A DNA stretch of 20,000 nt from the IMG/VR virus record IMGVR_UViG_3300025728_000011; one strand, written 5' to 3'. Every line of letters starts with the position of its first letter. Within the stretch, counting starts at the first letter, position 1. The translations under genes were made by a program, and so were the position numbers. The notes below the pieces were generated by a model. The model saw only the letters and a program-made list of their open reading frames with translations. It searched no databases and was not told the DNA's origin. The DNA is from an uncultured virus (IMG/VR IMGVR_UViG_3300025728_000011). Lineage: Duplodnaviria > Heunggongvirae > Uroviricota > Caudoviricetes. Below are positions 8,567-16,164 of this stretch, one piece after another.

Positions 8567-9272
8567 TCGTCGATCCTTTTTCATTTAGGTAGCGACCCCA
8601 CTGATCGCCGGCGGCGGCAGCAATTCCCGGCCATGTCTTTGAGCGCTCAAGCCAGCGATCTGCGCCGGGTGTAGTTTTCTCTTGCCCGCTGTCGGTCTGG
8701 TTTGACCAGCGAGGGAGAAGCTTGCCGTTGGCCTGAACGCACCACCTAGGCTCAACGTGTTTCGTATGAGTCAGGACAGGAAGCCCCTTGGTCAGCCACC
8801 AACCGGTGCCCTTGCTTGCGTCATCGCCGAACTGATGCGGATGAATTACTTGATCGGGCGGCCGGATCGCCGTGTTGATCCCCGATGGCGCCGGGTTCTC
8901 GATAGCCACAGGGAAAGGCAGCTCGAGCAGAAGCTTGAAGTTCTCGACGTCGGCCGCCTTGGCTGCGCGCCGATCGGCGCCGAATAGCGTCCCCGGCTTA
9001 AGCCGCTGGTGATAGCCGCCTTTGTCCGGGTAGCGTTTAAGGTCTGGATCTTTCAGCGCCCAGACCGATGCGTTATTGAGATATGTGCACATCGGGTGCA
9101 ATACGGCCATATCCCAGCTCATTGCTAATGCCTGCCAGATGTCGCACTGCAAGTGCTTGGGCGAGTCGCCTCGTGACGGTAGAAGGTCGCACGTCCACAC
9201 GTCATGGCCGTGGGCTTCGAACGCTTGCCGTGTTAACTGGCAAGCTGAGTAACCGATCAATACTTTCGACAC
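8556..9272 (-). CDS. Short phage DNA cytosine-methyltransferase-like protein
   Basis: AFEAHGHDVWTCDLLP, WDMAVLHPMCTYL (motif IV-like), AIENP (motif VI), HPHQFGD..SKGT.WW, RSKTWPGIA. GTG start at 9272 follows GGAG. Confidence 0.7.
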   Translation of the reverse strand: MSKVLIGYSACQLTRQAFEAHGHDVWTCDLLPSRGDSPKHLQCDIWQALAMSWDMAVLHPMCTYLNNASVWALKDPDLKRYPDKGGYHQRLKPGTLFGADRRAAKAADVENFKLLLELPFPVAIENPAPSGINTAIRPPDQVIHPHQFGDDASKGTGWWLTKGLPVLTHTKHVEPRWCVQANGKLLPRWSNQTDSGQEKTTPGADRWLERSKTWPGIAAAAGDQWGRYLNEKGSTNEA

Positions 9273-9318
9273 TTTATGTTCTCCGTTTCGCCTCGCCTGA
9301 GTGGCTGGCATGGGTATT

Positions 9319-9355
9319 ACTTTAGGCAATTTATGCCGGCCTGTATATAGGCAAT
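9319..9355 (-). promoter_or_regulatory. Possible internal promoter TATACA-17-TAAAGT with two ATTGCCTA direct repeats
   Basis: AT-rich gap; taggcaat at 9323-9330 and 9348-9355. Confidence 0.4.
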
Positions 9356-9382
9356 CTGTGTATTTCTTGATTTATTTTCAGA

Positions 9383-9904
9383 TCACACTTTCGTGCGATT
9401 CCTGAATTTCGGAAAGTCGATGTCGTAGTCGTCGATGATCCGCCGCAACGTACCGCTACCGATACCCATCTGCTTTTCCACCTGATGGCGCGTCAGCCCG
9501 ACATCGCGCAGGGCGGTGATTCGCTCAATCAGCTTGGCGTCATCGGATCGCGCATTGGGCTTGCCCATGGTGTCAGGCAGGAATTTGAATTCCTCGCGCT
9601 GCGCCATGGTCCACAGCGTGGTTTGCGCCATGCCTACGGCTGCCGACACTTCGCGGCACGTCATGGTCTTGGCCATTTCCGCGATCAGGATTGCTCGCTC
9701 TTTGCTGCGCTGGTATCGCACTCCCTGCTGATGGATGCCCTTGGTCTTTTTCTCGCCAGGCTCTGGATGCTTACGCGGCGGCTTCGGCTTGAATTCGAAG
9801 CCGGCCACTTCTTCGACCTTGCCGCCTGATTGGAAGAAAGCTTCTTGAGCCGCCTGAAGTCGCGCCTGCCGGTGGGTGCTAATTAGGATCTGATTATCGA
9901 TCAT
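9383..9904 (-). CDS. Putative DNA-binding protein with two HTH-like segments
   Basis: MTCREVSAAVGMAQTTLWTM and LTRHQVEKQMGIGSGTLRRI. Confidence 0.65.
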   Translation of the reverse strand: MIDNQILISTHRQARLQAAQEAFFQSGGKVEEVAGFEFKPKPPRKHPEPGEKKTKGIHQQGVRYQRSKERAILIAEMAKTMTCREVSAAVGMAQTTLWTMAQREEFKFLPDTMGKPNARSDDAKLIERITALRDVGLTRHQVEKQMGIGSGTLRRIIDDYDIDFPKFRNRTKV

Positions 9905-10668
9905 GCCATCTTCGCTCTGAGCTTGGTTTCGTATTGGTCAACCAGCAGCTTGAATTGCCACAAGTCTTCCTCCAGCTTTTCGATGTAGTCGTCATCGCGC
10001 TTGAACTCTTGAAGCCAGAGCTGGCGCCCTACAGGCTTCAGCAGCGGGCAGTACATCCCGATATGCCACCACTTGCGCTCTGCGATCCACATGCACCCCT
10101 GCACCTGGTCGATCACTCCGCTGGCATCATTGTCGATATGAAAGGCGCGAAGCTTTTCAGGGGCAAGGAAGCACTTGTATTCAGAACCGCCATCAGCGCC
10201 GATAAACCCATCCGCGCTGGCCCCGAAGGCACCATCATCAGTCTTTATCAGTCCGACCTGCGTAACGATCAGGCCGGTCTGGATCTCGTGCTCCATGCGC
10301 GCCTCAGGCTCCAGTTCGTGGCCTCGGCGCATCTGCCAGGTTTCGAAGCCGTTATCGAGTGGCTTCCCGCCGATCCTCTCAACTGCCAACTGGAATGCAT
10401 AGTCGAGCGCAGCCGATGAAGGCTCGCCGACCGACTCGCCATCAAGCGCACGCTGTACAACTTCGGCCCGAGGTGCTGCCTTGTAGCCAGCTAGGTCGCG
10501 AGACTTGGCTTCACTATGGCCGGCAAGCATTGCATCGACGTAAGTACGCTGCTGAACGGTTAGTCCGTTCACCTTGGATCGAGCAGTAGTAAACATGCTG
10601 GCCGTGATGCATCCGGCTCGCTCTTGGAGCCAGATGTCTGAACCCTGAGTGCAATTGACGACGATCAT
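9901..10668 (-). CDS. YqaJ/lambda-exonuclease family recombination nuclease
   Basis: QGSDIWLQERAGCITAS, MRRGHELEPEAR, GASADG..G.EYKC and QVQGCMW motifs. Confidence 0.9.
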   Translation of the reverse strand: MIVVNCTQGSDIWLQERAGCITASMFTTARSKVNGLTVQQRTYVDAMLAGHSEAKSRDLAGYKAAPRAEVVQRALDGESVGEPSSAALDYAFQLAVERIGGKPLDNGFETWQMRRGHELEPEARMEHEIQTGLIVTQVGLIKTDDGAFGASADGFIGADGGSEYKCFLAPEKLRAFHIDNDASGVIDQVQGCMWIAERKWWHIGMYCPLLKPVGRQLWLQEFKRDDDYIEKLEEDLWQFKLLVDQYETKLRAKMA

Positions 10669-11396
10669 TGCTGAGCCTCCAGTTTTGCCTTCTGCTTAGT
10701 CACGGCAACCTTTACCGAGTCATAGCCAGCAACGTCGCCAGCCTCTTTAAGCGCTTTTACGGCTGCCTGCCACACGTCCTTAAGTTCGTCGGCGGTGGTT
10801 GTGCCTTCAACCTGGGCAATGATGCCTGCCACCACTTCTGCCCGATCCTCCGCGCTGTCCGATCCATCCGCCGTCTGCGCGTCATCGTCCTGAGCATCGC
10901 TGGTGGTGATGTTCAGCAGGGCGCACATCACATAACGCTTGCCGTAAGTGGTGGACGAGCCGACCGACTGAACGTCGTTGCGACCTTTGCCGACATCCAG
11001 CGGCAGGCGCATCGTGGTTTGCTCGCGATGGCCGCCGCGGTGCATCAAGATCCCCGTCACCTCGATGGCCTTTTCGGCGTTTTCAACCTTGAAGGTTATC
11101 GCGAATCCGTGCTGCTGCATGATCGGCTTGATGGTCCGGGTGATGTCGTCCAGGGTGGCGTAGGAGTTGCCCGTGTGCAGGTTGATAGCCCCCTCGAAGA
11201 CGGTCGGGATATCGCACTGCATCTGCGCCATGCCGGCGTTAAACTGCTTCTCTGCTGCCTTGTCTTGCAGACGCTCGTGCATCTCAAGCAATTTTTCAAG
11301 CTTCACAACATCAACAGATGGGTCGCTTGCAGCTCGGCTGATGGTCGAAAGAACACTATCGTTTGTTTCGGTCTGTATTGTTTGAATCTCGTTCAT
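10665..11396 (-). CDS. erf: ERF family single-strand annealing protein
   Basis: YATLDDITRTIKPIMQQHG, ILMHRGGH, QSVGSSTTYGKRY, DDDA. Confidence 0.9.
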   Translation of the reverse strand: MNEIQTIQTETNDSVLSTISRAASDPSVDVVKLEKLLEMHERLQDKAAEKQFNAGMAQMQCDIPTVFEGAINLHTGNSYATLDDITRTIKPIMQQHGFAITFKVENAEKAIEVTGILMHRGGHREQTTMRLPLDVGKGRNDVQSVGSSTTYGKRYVMCALLNITTSDAQDDDAQTADGSDSAEDRAEVVAGIIAQVEGTTTADELKDVWQAAVKALKEAGDVAGYDSVKVAVTKQKAKLEAQQ

Positions 11397-11400
11397 GGTC

Positions 11401-12036
11401 TTATTCCTGATATTTAAAGAAGGAAGAACAGTTTTCGCGTGGCGGCTTGTCGCTGTATCCGCTGCACCATCGGCTTATTGTCGCGCTACTAACACCCAAT
11501 TCCTTTGCCGCTTCGGTTGAACTTTCAAATTCAACTCCATCAATTACCCAGATTTTAGATCGCCTGGTATTTTTTGACTGTTCAAATCTAGTTGCCCACC
11601 TGCAATTCTCTTTGTTGTAGCCAAGGTCGTTATCTCGGCGGTCCATCGTGTATTTAATCGATGGCCTAGCCCCCATGTCCCGGTAAAAATTTTCAAATGA
11701 GTCTCGCCACTCATCGCAAACCTCTATCCCGCGCCCACCATAATTTGAGTATCCTGGGTTGTCTTGGTTGTGACAGCGAGAAAGCATGTTCTTCCAGATT
11801 GAGAATTCAGTTGTTCCCGTCATGCCATGGGTAGTACATCGTTCTATATTTGACGATGAAACTCCGCACCCGCACGATCTAGACAATCCTGATTTAAGCG
11901 AACCTCCGTTAATAACGGTCAGGTTTCCGCAATCACAAATACAATTCCATCTGATCTTTTTATGCTGTCGCTCTGGGTTCTCAGAAACAACAACGATCAT
12001 TCCAAATCTCATGCCCGTGATATCAATAAATTTCAT
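11401..12036 (-). CDS. Free-standing HNH-type homing endonuclease with a C-terminal NUMOD1-like HTH
   Basis: DITGMRFG..WNCICDCG..SCGC..HGM..W..MLSRC..YGGRGIEVC.EW..FENFYRDMG.RP..TMDRRDND.GY..ENCRWAT..Q..N, then FESSTEAAKELGVSSATISRWC. Visibly AT-richer than its neighbours. Confidence 0.8.
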   Translation of the reverse strand: MKFIDITGMRFGMIVVVSENPERQHKKIRWNCICDCGNLTVINGGSLKSGLSRSCGCGVSSSNIERCTTHGMTGTTEFSIWKNMLSRCHNQDNPGYSNYGGRGIEVCDEWRDSFENFYRDMGARPSIKYTMDRRDNDLGYNKENCRWATRFEQSKNTRRSKIWVIDGVEFESSTEAAKELGVSSATISRWCSGYSDKPPRENCSSFFKYQE

Positions 12037-12049
12037 TTGTTACGCCCAC

Positions 12050-12182
12050 AAAAAAAGCTTTGAATTGCACCGGTGAGAATCCTGGGAAGGCTCGGATCGA
12101 CGGCTAGTCAACCAACCCAGAAACGGTGCAAATCAAAGCTTTATCAGCCGTCGACCCTAATTCTGCTTCGCCTTCTCACGGG
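12050..12182 (-). ncRNA. Structured RNA element, copy A (leader of the HNH gene)
   Basis: Four helices: 12054-72/12124-42 (18/19), 12073-79/12173-79, 12080-86/12116-22, 12094-105/12146-57. Homologous to copy B. Confidence 0.75.
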
Positions 12183-12217
12183 CTACGCATGCAGAACTTT
12201 AATCTATTCTGCCTACT

Positions 12218-13408
12218 TTAGAAAGTTATTGTTACGTTCGGCACTTCGCCGCGGGCGATCTTCAGGACGATGGCCTTGGCCAGTTCCTCGGAGACGTTCA
12301 TCGACATGATTGCCTGCTTGGCTTCGCCCAGGATCTTGGACTTGTGCGCTACGTCGGCTTGGCGGGCTTTCTGCTGGCGAATGACTTCCGCTGCCTCAGC
12401 CTCTTGTCGGGCCTGCTCATCAAGGCGCGCCTTCTCTACTGCCGCTGCTTGCGCTTTTGCAGCATTGATTCTGTATTGTTCTGCGCGCTGCTCTGTAGCA
12501 ATGCGAGCCGCTTCAGCGTCAGCGATCGCCTGATCATGAAGCTGCTGATCACGTATCTGTTGCTGAGTTGCACGCTGCTCGGCCGCCAACTGATCGGCCT
12601 TTGCCTGAATCGCCAGGCGCTCAGACTGCTCAGCCTTCCATTTCAATTCCAGTTCACGTTTCTCGGCGGCGTCCTTTGCATCTTTCTCTCGCTGGGCTAC
12701 AGCTTCGCGCTCGAGCTTTGCTGCCAGATCGGCATCGGCCTTGGCGCGCTCTTCGGCTTCTCGGGCAATCTGTGCCTCGCGGTCACGCTGAGCCTGAGCT
12801 TCTGACTCGGCGCGTAAGCGGATCAGTTCGGCCTGTTCTGCTTCGTATTGCTGGCGAGCGGTTAGAGCCGCGCGCAGCTTGACCAGCGTGGACTCCTTGG
12901 CTCGGGCGGCTTCGGTTTCGAACTCTTCCCAGTGATCGCCCATCTGCACGGCTTCGACCGATGCGATGGATTCCAGCAGCACCGAGGCGCTGACGTCGGC
13001 CAGGTCGATGCAGAAGTCATGGATGGCCTGGACTGCATCAACATGCCGATCCTTGCGAGCCTGCTGTTCGGTTTCCCAGTCGTTTAGCGGCTTGCGGGTG
13101 GTGTCGCGAAGGGCGTCCATCTTCTTGACCCAAGCTGCCAGCTCGACCTCGATCACCTTCGGCATTTCTTTCAGCTTTCGCAGGTAGTCACGCCCAGGCT
13201 TTTCGACCGCCGCCTTGGAGCTACTGACCTTGGCTGCCAGGGATGCGATTCGAGCCCGGCCTTTCGCAGTGGTCAGGTCCGGCACTTCGCCGGTTACTTC
13301 CTTCTCTACAGCAGCGAAAAACTTGTCCAGACCTCCGGCGACATAAATGGTTGGCGCGTTGTCGGCGCTGATGTCGTCGATGGTGATGACTTGCTTTGCT
13401 TCTGACAT
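12218..13408 (-). CDS. Long coiled-coil phage protein (type often labelled TolA-like)
   Basis: VPDLTTAKGRARIASLAAKV N-domain, Ala/Glu/Gln/Arg heptads, C-terminal AKAIVLKIARGEVPNVTITF. Start set at ATG 13408 after GGGAG. Confidence 0.8.
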   Translation of the reverse strand: MSEAKQVITIDDISADNAPTIYVAGGLDKFFAAVEKEVTGEVPDLTTAKGRARIASLAAKVSSSKAAVEKPGRDYLRKLKEMPKVIEVELAAWVKKMDALRDTTRKPLNDWETEQQARKDRHVDAVQAIHDFCIDLADVSASVLLESIASVEAVQMGDHWEEFETEAARAKESTLVKLRAALTARQQYEAEQAELIRLRAESEAQAQRDREAQIAREAEERAKADADLAAKLEREAVAQREKDAKDAAEKRELELKWKAEQSERLAIQAKADQLAAEQRATQQQIRDQQLHDQAIADAEAARIATEQRAEQYRINAAKAQAAAVEKARLDEQARQEAEAAEVIRQQKARQADVAHKSKILGEAKQAIMSMNVSEELAKAIVLKIARGEVPNVTITF

Positions 13409-13423
13409 TTCCCTACTCCCACG

Positions 13424-13560
13424 AAAAAGCGCTTTGGGGTTGCCCGGTGGAACTCTGTGAATAACCTGGATCGACGGCTTGTCGGTCAGACACAGAACGG
13501 GCAACTCCAAAACGCTTTGATAGCCGTCGATCCTGATAATTTGCTTTGGCGTTCCACGGC
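13424..13560 (-). ncRNA. Structured RNA element, copy B (leader of the coiled-coil gene)
   Basis: Four helices: 13426-46/13498-518 (19/21), 13447-53/13551-57, 13453-59/13491-97, 13468-79/13522-33 (12/12). Confidence 0.75.
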
Positions 13561-13573
13561 CTTGGCGAGGTGG

Positions 13574-13601
13574 ATAATACCCTAAAACTTAACTTCCTCA
13601 A
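13574..13601 (-). promoter_or_regulatory. Sigma70-like promoter TTGAGG-16-TATTAT driving RNA copy B
   Basis: Seen directly. Copy A has TAAAGT (12196-12201) at the same distance from its first helix strand. Confidence 0.55.
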
Positions 13602-13610
13602 CCTGTTTGT

Positions 13611-13727
13611 TCATCCAGTGATATGCCCAGCCAGGGCGCTGACGAGCATGAAGCCGGTGCAGGCGAGAAGCGTGATTGCGCTCCCTCTCCAATAGGCGTA
13701 TCGCTTGGCTTTCTGGTAGCTGCTCAT
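13611..13727 (-). CDS. 38-aa membrane mini-protein MSSYQKAKRYAYWRGSAITLLACTGFMLVSALAGHITG
   Basis: Read manually; basic N-terminus plus one TM helix. Confidence 0.6.
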   Translation of the reverse strand: MSSYQKAKRYAYWRGSAITLLACTGFMLVSALAGHITG

Positions 13728-14095
13728 GACCAAGGCCTCATGCTCTGCATTACCAGGTCGTGCAGCGCCTTCCCGTTACGACTGATGCGCTCACCGCGCA
13801 ACTGTCATTTCTTCGTGCTTGGCCAGCAGTCAATCATTCGGCCATCCGGCAGCGTCAGAACAACATGGAAGCCGTTGTTGTGCTTCTTGTGGGCGATCCC
13901 GGTCCGAGACAGCCACGCATCAAAGCGCAGCATGGCTTCGGCCTTCTGGCGCTTCTTGTGGCCTTCTGGGTTGGACTCGCTACCTTCCCCGCCGCAGTTT
14001 CGGCAGCAGCGCCGATAACCAACGTCCTCGCCGATGTATTCGCAGCAACTCATGCAGTGGCTTCCGTCCGCTACATTGTCTTCGTAGAAGCTCAT
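13724..14095 (-). pseudogene. Cys-rich protein gene with an in-frame TGA at 13805-13807 (probable TGG>TGA)
   Basis: ORF stops at CWPSTKK*, but the frame stays open for 26 more codons to a TGA that overlaps the next ATG. Confidence 0.55.
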
Positions 14096-14331
14096 GGCGA
14101 TTCATACTCCAGATAGAAGCTGTCAGGCTCATGCATCACCTGGGCGTCGTCGCGGATATACCGGAAATCAGTTATCCACTTGACCTCCAATTTCCCGCAA
14201 ACATCAATTCGGCAAATGCCGCTTTCAACATCGATATCGACTATCGGCCACCACCAGTCTTTGCCGTTTTCGCTGCCCCACAATGGCTGTGGCAGAGAAT
14301 TGATAAGCTCCATGTTTAGTAGGTCGGTCAT
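14092..14331 (-). CDS. Hypothetical phage protein
   Basis: 79 aa, coupled at both ends. Confidence 0.65.
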   Translation of the reverse strand: MTDLLNMELINSLPQPLWGSENGKDWWWPIVDIDVESGICRIDVCGKLEVKWITDFRYIRDDAQVMHEPDSFYLEYESP

Positions 14332-14528
14332 AGCATCACCAGCCGGCCGCGAAGGTCATAGATGAAATCTCCGAACATCAATGCGCCCGCATCGCTTGGC
14401 GGCGTCTGCCATGCTCCTTTAATCGGATTTGGCAGGTCGCACACCCGAGTTTCGCGCGGCAGATTGAAGGCCGCCGCCAGGCTTTCCACTTGCTCGTCGA
14501 TGAGCGATTTGACGATTGGAGTATTCAT
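14328..14528 (-). CDS. Hypothetical phage protein
   Basis: 66 aa, AGGAGG RBS, coupled. Confidence 0.6.
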   Translation of the reverse strand: MNTPIVKSLIDEQVESLAAAFNLPRETRVCDLPNPIKGAWQTPPSDAGALMFGDFIYDLRGRLVML

Positions 14529-15130
14529 TTGGCCTCCTGCTTGCGATAGCCAGCGTCGTAGAGGGCTCTCATCTCGGCGAGATTGACGCCGAAGCCGACC
14601 TTGGCCTTCAACAGTTCAGCCATCTCGTAGACGGCCTTATTGGATTCGTCCTCCGCGATCTGCTCCGGCGTGCGTATTGGCCGGAAGAAAGCCATGCGCA
14701 GGCAGGTTTCAGATGATTCATGGCCGTCACGACGAAACCATGTTTCCTCTCCGCTATGCCCGAGGATCTCAACCTTCACCCAGCCATCCTGATTAGGATT
14801 CCACTCGCATACCGTGCCGACTGGCGGCTTACCCTCTCCGCTCCATTCAGCTCTTGAAGGGTGATCAAATCCGCATTTGACGCAGAAGTCTGAATCGGCA
14901 ATCCAGTAATGATCGCAAACTTTTTCAGCCTTCAGCGCATCGACTGCGGCTTGCCATTGGGAGCGATCAACAACCTCTTCTGCGTAGCTATCGCACAGTG
15001 TGAATCTTTGTGCCGTGTAGGAAGCTGATCCAGCCGGATGCAGCGACCCATCACAAGCTTGGCCAACTTCGAACACATACGGCCAAGGCCAGCTCACCAA
15101 CTCTCGCGCCAAAATATCAACAAGCTTCAT
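14525..15130 (-). CDS. Hypothetical phage protein (W.GEG.PPVG..CE ... FRPIRTPEQI ... LYDAGYRK type)
   Basis: Motifs recognised as recurrent in phage early proteins; coupled. Confidence 0.7.
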   Translation of the reverse strand: MKLVDILARELVSWPWPYVFEVGQACDGSLHPAGSASYTAQRFTLCDSYAEEVVDRSQWQAAVDALKAEKVCDHYWIADSDFCVKCGFDHPSRAEWSGEGKPPVGTVCEWNPNQDGWVKVEILGHSGEETWFRRDGHESSETCLRMAFFRPIRTPEQIAEDESNKAVYEMAELLKAKVGFGVNLAEMRALYDAGYRKQEAK

Positions 15131-15351
15131 GCCTTCACCCCCATTTTCCGCATCAATTCGATTTGCTCGCGCTCAATGATCTTTCTGAGCCGTGCGACGT
15201 AGTGCTGGTGCAGATGGATATCGATCGCCCCGAGCGTGTAGGCCATTTCTATGGCCATGGATGTTTCGCCGTGCAGCATTCCCGAACTTGACGTGACCAG
15301 TGACGCTAGTCGCGATTCGATGATGTCTACCGCCTGATCGTGCCTGTTCAT
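15127..15351 (-). CDS. Hypothetical phage protein (MNRHDQAV...)
   Basis: Start set at ATG 15351 after GGAGG. Confidence 0.65.
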   Translation of the reverse strand: MNRHDQAVDIIESRLASLVTSSSGMLHGETSMAIEMAYTLGAIDIHLHQHYVARLRKIIEREQIELMRKMGVKA

Positions 15352-15500
15352 TCGTCCTCCGGTTCCGCGTCGTCGTTCTTTGGGCAGGCCGCTACGTGCC
15401 GCATCAGCTTGCTGGTGGATCCGAAGATCCCGAAGCAGTACGGGCATTCGTGCTCTGCGTCTGGGTCGAGCTGTCGATCGCCGATATAAATCCCGCTCAC
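15348..15500 (-). CDS. 50-aa single zinc-finger protein (C2HC)
   Basis: Read manually: GGAGG RBS, GTG start, MSGIYIGDRQLDPDAEHECPYCFGIFGSTSKLMRHVAACPKNDDAEPEDE, ATGA overlap with the next gene. Confidence 0.7.
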   Translation of the reverse strand: MSGIYIGDRQLDPDAEHECPYCFGIFGSTSKLMRHVAACPKNDDAEPEDE

Positions 15501-15522
15501 TCTAATTCCTCCAGATCATCTT

Positions 15523-15918
15523 TTAGGCGAAGAGATAGCCGATGCCGGCAAGGATAAGGCCGATACACATAAGCCCTACGGCGGCGAAGAGAACCCCACC
15601 AACTGCGCCCATGAATGACCCTCCGAGATCTCTTTCGCTTCGATAGCCGGCGATTGCCCCCGCGATCAGTGCGATGAACAAGATGACGATACAGCCTTTG
15701 ATCAGATACGTTTCGCCTTCAGTGGTTGGCATCGGGTAAAGCGTTTCAACGCATGAGGCGTATTCATGCTTATCAGCTACCGATGCTTGAGCTACTTCAA
15801 ACCGGCTTTCGAACGCTGTGCAGCGATCAACTCTGGCGCGGTGTGCTGCTTCCTGAGCCATCGCGTTGTTTGCGGCGCTTGCTGCAGTAAGTCCTGCGTT
15901 AACGGCGGTCATGCTCAT
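15523..15918 (-). CDS. Membrane protein with two C-terminal TM helices
   Basis: GAGGAG RBS; two hydrophobic segments. Confidence 0.7.
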   Translation of the reverse strand: MSMTAVNAGLTAASAANNAMAQEAAHRARVDRCTAFESRFEVAQASVADKHEYASCVETLYPMPTTEGETYLIKGCIVILFIALIAGAIAGYRSERDLGGSFMGAVGGVLFAAVGLMCIGLILAGIGYLFA

Positions 15919-15990
15919 CTATTCTTGCTCCTCGGTTTATGCCCAATGATTCTCTCTAAGTCCCCGGTCGCTTACCCAGCGAGCTAAGGG

Positions 15991-16146
15991 TTATTGGTCG
16001 CTGCGGCGCCGACCCTTGTTGTCGCGCTTCAATTGCGCGGAGTCTAGCTCGTCGGCGCTGAAGTACCAGACCAGCATGCCGGTACCGACGATGGCGGCGA
16101 TGATGACCAGCGCCAGCAGTGACAGCGGTAGTAAATGGGCAAGCAT
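15991..16146 (-). CDS. 51-aa membrane mini-protein MLAHLLPLSLLALVIIAAIVGTGMLVWYFS...
   Basis: Read manually; AAGGAG RBS, TM helix and charged tail. Confidence 0.65.
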   Translation of the reverse strand: MLAHLLPLSLLALVIIAAIVGTGMLVWYFSADELDSAQLKRDNKGRRRSDQ

Positions 16147-16164
16147 GGCGGCGACTCCTTTGTC

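Noticed and set aside
10668..11417. 249-aa plus-strand ORF
   Set aside because: Antisense shadow of erf.
13409..13510. N-terminal extension of the 430-aa ORF from TTG 13510
   Set aside because: It runs through RNA copy B and lacks an RBS; ATG 13408 has GGGAG.
12050..13560. Interpreting the RNA cassettes as CRISPR repeats, tRNAs, or twister/HDV ribozymes
   Set aside because: No repeat-spacer periodicity, no cloverleaf, and the helix order and conserved residues do not match those ribozymes.
14868..14876. 9-nt match (AAATCCGCA) to the start of the TnpB guide, preceded by TGATC
   Set aside because: A 9-mer is expected about 0.15 times by chance in 40 kb of both strands, the match breaks afterwards, and the TAM is unknown. 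Not evidence of self-targeting.
15127..15447. 106-aa version of this ORF in the track
   Set aside because: The extension overlaps the zinc-finger gene; ATG 15351 has a GGAGG RBS.
15960..15992. Small hairpin TCGCT-N5-AGCGA as a possible nut/boxB site
   Set aside because: No boxA nearby and no recognisable N-like antiterminator.
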